Of a stretch of 64,000 bases of DNA, positions 59,750-64,000 are shown one piece after another. Position 1 is the stretch's first letter, and every line of letters begins with the position of its first letter. Made by a program: the position numbers and the translations under genes. The notes beneath the pieces were generated by a model. That model searched no databases. It was not told the origin of the DNA and saw only the letters and a program-made list of their open reading frames with translations. The DNA comes from an uncultured Desulfobacter sp. GTDB taxonomy: Bacteria > Desulfobacterota > Desulfobacteria > Desulfobacterales > Desulfobacteraceae. Where the stretch lies: the NCBI GenBank assembly GCA_963665095.1, contig OY762069.1, forward strand, positions 5,632,001 to 5,696,000. The letters are read 5' to 3'.

Positions 59750-61045
59750 TCACAAAAGGCCTGTCAGATCAAAACTTTCGGATTTACCCAGGGTGAGAAT
59801 AAAGCGTTTGAGCAGTTCTTTGTCAAAACAGTGGGCCATGCCCTGATCCCGCAGTTTTACCCGGGCTTCCACCCGCTTTGCCGCCTCCTCTTCAAGCATC
59901 TGGCGCTCTCTTAAACGTCTCAGTTTTGCATCGTAATCATCCCGGACAAGGGTTGTGACAGGAGGGCGTATATTTTCCACAGCCTCGGCTTCAAACAGTT
60001 TTAATTTATCAAGATAGGGATTCTTACCAGCCATGATTTTTAGCGCCTCAAGCGGGGTTTTGCCTTTTTTATAAGGTCTTGCCGAAGTCAGTGCGTCAAA
60101 CACATCAGCAATATGGCTGATCTTTGCAGGCAGGGGGATCTGGTCTCCGGTGAGTCCACAGGGATATCCACTGCCGTCTTCATTTTCATGATGGTATAAA
60201 ATAGCCTCTATGGTCTCTTTTGGCAGCGCCTTGTCAAACAGCAGGGCCACGCCATAGGCCGGATGCGACTGCATTAAAACATACTCAAGGTTATTCAGGC
60301 GTCCCGGCTTGTGAATCACATTTTCAGGAATCTTCACCTTGCCAAGATCATGGAGAAAACCTGCCACAGATGCCTGAAGCAGCATCTGTTTCAACGTCTT
60401 TTTATCAGGATGGCCGAAAAGATCCTGGTTGGCATTGATAAACACGGCACCCAGCCAGCCCACCTTGACGGAATGGGTATGGGTATCGTAGTCATGGCCG
60501 ATCATGGAGGCAATGCCCTTTAAAGACTCCATGCTGGACAAAAAACCAAGGGCACGGGACACCAGTTTTTCCAAGTTGACAATGGTTTCACTGATCTTTG
60601 CCTCCGGAACAAACGGTGCGGCAAAGGTCTCCTTGATAACATCCGTGGAAAGCGCCACAAGAATATCTGTTTTCTTTTTTGTCTCAATGCCGTCATGACC
60701 AAGAATAAATTCTATATTATCCCTGACGTACTCTTTATAATCCTGAAGCTCATTTTTATGAATATAAACGGTATCCCATTTATCCAGCATGGATTTAAGA
60801 CGCGAAACGTCAATGGCCCGGGTATCAACCAGCAGGCAGCGGAATCTGGAAATCCCGTTTTTCGGAGGGTACCGTTCAAACAGTGAAAAATCGGTTAGAG
60901 AGGCTGGATTTATGGATAAAGGATCAACAGCCATAAAGGAACTGCCGTCATCATAGTATTCGGGTGCCAGGCCCATATCATCTGCTCCTAAATCTATAGC
61001 ACTATCTGGGGTGGGGCCGCTTCCCCAAATCGTCACTGTCCCCAA
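59750..61045 (-). CDS. HD-GYP domain phosphodiesterase
   Basis: HSVKV, LHDLGK, HHENEDGSGYP, ADVFDALTSARPY. Confidence 0.92.
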   Translation of the reverse strand: MGTVTIWGSGPTPDSAIDLGADDMGLAPEYYDDGSSFMAVDPLSINPASLTDFSLFERYPPKNGISRFRCLLVDTRAIDVSRLKSMLDKWDTVYIHKNELQDYKEYVRDNIEFILGHDGIETKKKTDILVALSTDVIKETFAAPFVPEAKISETIVNLEKLVSRALGFLSSMESLKGIASMIGHDYDTHTHSVKVGWLGAVFINANQDLFGHPDKKTLKQMLLQASVAGFLHDLGKVKIPENVIHKPGRLNNLEYVLMQSHPAYGVALLFDKALPKETIEAILYHHENEDGSGYPCGLTGDQIPLPAKISHIADVFDALTSARPYKKGKTPLEALKIMAGKNPYLDKLKLFEAEAVENIRPPVTTLVRDDYDAKLRRLRERQMLEEEAAKRVEARVKLRDQGMAHCFDKELLKRFILTLGKSESFDLTGLL

Positions 61046-61253
61046 TCGCCATTCCCGGCTTCACGTCTACAAACGGCTTGAAAACCTGATTACTAAAGGA
61101 TTCCTGACAAATAACGAAATAATTATGAAATTAATTACCAGACATCCATATTTATGTAAAGAATGAATACCATAATCTCGTAATGATGGCACCTGCCCAT
61201 TGATTTTAAAAAGATAGTTGACACATGCGTTTAGATACTATACTCTTTGAGGC

Positions 61254-61715
61254 ATGACAACGGATATCATGAAAATACATGGTAAATTTCAAACGCTTAT
61301 GGACCTGGCCCACCGACTTGACCAGGCACCCAAACAGTTCGGCACAGACCAGAGTATGTCCCATACCGAGATTCACCTGATTGAAATGATTGGAAATAAC
61401 GAAGGTTCAAGTGTCACAGATATTTCCACACTCATGGGTGTTACCAAGGGGGCTGTTTCCCAAACGCTTAAGCGGCTTGAAAAAAAAGGATTCACAATAA
61501 AAAAAACCGATCCGGACAACCTGTCCCGCAACCTGGTTGAACTGACAGCTAAAGGGAAGACCGCCTACTGGGCGCACCGGGACTGGCATGAAACCATGGA
61601 CGGGGGATTCCGGGAGTATCTCCAGAATCTTGATCCTGAGCAGGCTGCAGTAATTCTTGATTTTCTGTGCCGGATTGAAAATTTCCTGACCCGCCGGGTG
61701 GCGTCTCTGGAATAA
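61254..61715 (+). CDS. MarR-family transcriptional regulator
   Basis: EIHLIEMIG, GVTKGAVSQTLKRLEKKG, LTAKG. Confidence 0.92.
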   Translation: MTTDIMKIHGKFQTLMDLAHRLDQAPKQFGTDQSMSHTEIHLIEMIGNNEGSSVTDISTLMGVTKGAVSQTLKRLEKKGFTIKKTDPDNLSRNLVELTAKGKTAYWAHRDWHETMDGGFREYLQNLDPEQAAVILDFLCRIENFLTRRVASLE

Positions 61716-61766
61716 AAAATTTTAATTCAAGTGTATACCAACTAAACACCAATTTGTGGAGGATTT

Positions 61767-62378
61767 ATGTACAACCCATCATTTCAGGGCGATGTCTGCA
61801 GTTACAGACATGCCTTTGTCCTTGACAACGTTATCAGGCGACTGCTCCAGAGCCCTAAAAAAATTGTCGGGCCCTATATTTCTTCGGGACATACGGTGAT
61901 TGATCTGGGCTGCGGCCCGGGATACTTCACCATTGAGATGGCCAGAATGGTCGGTGAAACCGGCCGGGTTATTGCCGTGGACATCCAGAATGAGATGCTG
62001 GCCAAAGTGGCAGGAAAAGCCGCACTTCTCAACCTTGAAGAGAGAATTTTCTTTCACCACTCAACCCAGGACGCCATTGGCCTTGGGGAAAATGTGACAG
62101 CCGATTTTATTCTGGCCTATTACATGGTTCATGAAACCCGGGATCAAGGGGCATTTTTCTCCCAGATCCGGAACCTGATTGCTGACGACGGGCTGGTTTT
62201 GATCGTGGAGCCCCCCTTTCATGTGACATCCCGGGAATTCGAACAGATGGCCCGGATTGCACAGAAAAGTGGTTTTACAATTGCAGACAGGCCCTCCAGA
62301 AAAGGAGGAAAAAGCCTCTTGCTGGCGGCAGCAGAGCAGCCAGTGGAAACGGAGGCAAACCCAAACAGTACTAATTAG
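61767..62378 (+). CDS. Class I SAM-dependent methyltransferase
   Basis: VIDLGCGPG, VIAVDIQ. Confidence 0.9.
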   Translation: MYNPSFQGDVCSYRHAFVLDNVIRRLLQSPKKIVGPYISSGHTVIDLGCGPGYFTIEMARMVGETGRVIAVDIQNEMLAKVAGKAALLNLEERIFFHHSTQDAIGLGENVTADFILAYYMVHETRDQGAFFSQIRNLIADDGLVLIVEPPFHVTSREFEQMARIAQKSGFTIADRPSRKGGKSLLLAAAEQPVETEANPNSTN

Positions 62379-62416
62379 ATTCTAACTATTTGAAAACACA
62401 AAAAATATTTTTCCGC

Positions 62417-62445
62417 TTGACTCCTTTCTTCAACGGGTTTATACA
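62417..62445 (+). promoter_or_regulatory. Putative sigma-70 promoter of the leader/DAHP synthase transcript
   Basis: TTGACT-17 bp-TATACA. Confidence 0.5.
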
Positions 62446-62470
62446 GTCTTGTATAAAGAAGGAATCTTTA

Positions 62471-62551
62471 ATGAATACTCGCAAAACAGACAATTTTTAT
62501 TTTTATTTCTGGTATTATTTTTATACCGGCCTGCCTGTATTGCGATTCTAA
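62471..62551 (+). CDS. 26-aa aromatic-rich leader peptide MNTRKTDNFYFYFWYYFYTGLPVLRF
   Basis: AAGGAA RBS; ten consecutive Phe/Tyr/Trp codons (62495..62524) upstream of the DAHP synthase gene. Confidence 0.88.
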   Translation: MNTRKTDNFYFYFWYYFYTGLPVLRF

Positions 62552-62564
62552 TTTCTTTACAATT

Positions 62565-62605
62565 AAAAGCTGCAGGCAAACCAATCGCCTGCAGCTTTTT
62601 TATTT
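62565..62605 (+). terminator. Attenuator terminator
   Basis: aaaagctgcaggc-aaaccaatc-gcctgcagctttt followed by ttattt. Confidence 0.88.
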
Positions 62606-62642
62606 CAAGTTTCAGGCGAAAAGCCCGCGAAAGGAATCAGCC

Positions 62643-63689
62643 ATGAAACAGATCAACGATGTCAATGTAGAATCAATTATTGCCCTGACAGCCCCGTCAG
62701 TCATTCTGTCGGAGTTCCCCGCTTCCGAACAGACCCGGAACAGTGTTGTCCAAGGCCGCAGGGAGATCGAAAACATCCTGACAGGGGAAGACAAACGCCT
62801 GATGGTGATTGCAGGCCCGTGCTCCATCCATGATACAGAAGCTGCCATGGAATATGGCCGGAAAATGAAAGCGCTGCGCGACGATGTGAAAGACAGAATC
62901 TGCCTGGTCATGCGGGTTTATTTTGAAAAGCCAAGAACCACCGTGGGCTGGAAGGGCCTGATCAACGATCCCTTTCTGGATTCATCCTATAATATGGAAG
63001 AAGGACTGAGACGCGCCAGATCCCTGCTCATCAGCATTAATGACCTTGGCCTTCCTACGGCCACCGAAATTCTTGATCCCATCACACCCCAGTACATTGC
63101 AGGACTTTTAAGCTGGGTGGCCATCGGCGCCCGCACCACGGAATCCCAGACCCACAGAGAGATGGCCTCGGGCCTTTCCATGCCTGTAGGTTTCAAAAAC
63201 GGAACCGACGGCACCTTAACCTCTGCCATCAACGCCACCCAGGCCGCAGCAGCCCCCCAGCATTTTCTGGGCATTGACCCGGAAGGCAAGACAGCTGTTG
63301 TATCCACCATGGGCAACCGGTTCGGTCACATTGTGCTTCGCGGGGGAACCTCTCCAAACTATGATCCCGTATCCGTGGGTAAAGCCCAGGACCAGCTGCG
63401 TGAAAAGGGCCTTCTTGATGCGGTCATCATTGACTGTTCCCACGACAACTCCGGCAAAAAATATACCGGCCAGTCCTTTGTATTCAACAGCGTTGTAGAC
63501 CAGCGTCTGGCCGGTAATGACAGAATTGTGGGCCTGATGCTGGAAAGCAACCTCCATGAAGGCAACCAGAAATGCAAATGCACAGGTGACGCCGCCAATC
63601 TCAAATACGGAATCTCCATTACGGATGAGTGCATCTCCTGGGAAACCACGGAAGAGCTGATCCGCTGTGCATTTGATAAATTAGCATGA
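62643..63689 (+). CDS. 3-deoxy-7-phosphoheptulonate (DAHP) synthase, class I-alpha (AroF/G/H type)
   Basis: GPCSIHD, RVYFEKPRTTVGWKG, IGARTTESQTHRE, GFKNGTDG, DCSH. Confidence 0.96.
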   Translation: MKQINDVNVESIIALTAPSVILSEFPASEQTRNSVVQGRREIENILTGEDKRLMVIAGPCSIHDTEAAMEYGRKMKALRDDVKDRICLVMRVYFEKPRTTVGWKGLINDPFLDSSYNMEEGLRRARSLLISINDLGLPTATEILDPITPQYIAGLLSWVAIGARTTESQTHREMASGLSMPVGFKNGTDGTLTSAINATQAAAAPQHFLGIDPEGKTAVVSTMGNRFGHIVLRGGTSPNYDPVSVGKAQDQLREKGLLDAVIIDCSHDNSGKKYTGQSFVFNSVVDQRLAGNDRIVGLMLESNLHEGNQKCKCTGDAANLKYGISITDECISWETTEELIRCAFDKLA

Positions 63690-63914
63690 CCTTCTCCTGA
63701 TTACCATCGTATACAGCACCAGGCGCTCTGACATACTTCAGACCCCTGGTGCCGGCTTTGCGCCCCGGCTGTCGCATCAACACCTCGGAGTCGCATTTTT
63801 GCGTCTACCCCCTGAAAAACCTTTTTTACCCTGCCCTTGCGTACCCTGAAAAACGGTCTTATTTTCAATACATTGTGCTTAAAATTGTGCATAAACAGGC
63901 CAACTGTTTTTTGA

Positions 63915-63929
63915 TGGCACAGGACTTGC
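63915..63929 (+). promoter_or_regulatory. Sigma-54 promoter for a gene beyond the window edge
   Basis: TGGCAC-aggac-TTGC; GGAG at the very end of the window. Confidence 0.7.
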
Positions 63930-64000
63930 TATGCTGGAATATACCCCGGACAGGCCGGAAACGGCTCCGGCTGAATACAAAACACCAAGTGTGGAGATAT

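Noticed and set aside
62449..62646. 65-aa ORF from the track upstream of the DAHP synthase
   Set aside because: TTG start without RBS and runs through the terminator; the 26-aa aromatic leader in another frame explains the region.

Overview
Bacterial chromosomal window; gene content (sigma-54 circuitry, tungsten-type AOR, MttB paralogs) suggests an anaerobic Desulfobacterales-like deltaproteobacterium (inference). Layout: (1) ~0.4-24.3 kb accessory island between two decayed tyrosine-recombinase genes, with a PAS sigma-54 activator and two apparent sigma-54 operons (small stress-type proteins, B12 radical SAM, SPFH pair, diguanylate cyclase, FtsH, GroEL without GroES, 2 GT4 and 2 GH130), then a RelA/SpoT-type synthetase; (2) a decayed tRNA-Leu 3' fragment and an FGGY kinase; (3) 26.6-36.9 kb tightly coupled defence operon: hsdR, Schlafen/AlbA_2 gene, hsdM with an in-frame TAG, C-terminally extended hsdS, ABC ATPase, HNH nuclease; (4) 38.7-51.4 kb minus-strand catabolic operon (AOR, two non-pyrrolysine MttB, FAD oxidoreductase, Dpp-type ABC importer), then MFS and two URO-D/MtaA-family genes; (5) housekeeping-type genes (ychF, yhbY, HD-GYP, MarR) and a DAHP synthase preceded by a leader peptide with ten consecutive Phe/Tyr/Trp codons and a terminator. 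Four long palindromic intergenic elements share an internal-loop motif. No CRISPR array, rRNA or intact tRNA seen. All calls come from reading motifs by eye; no searches were run.
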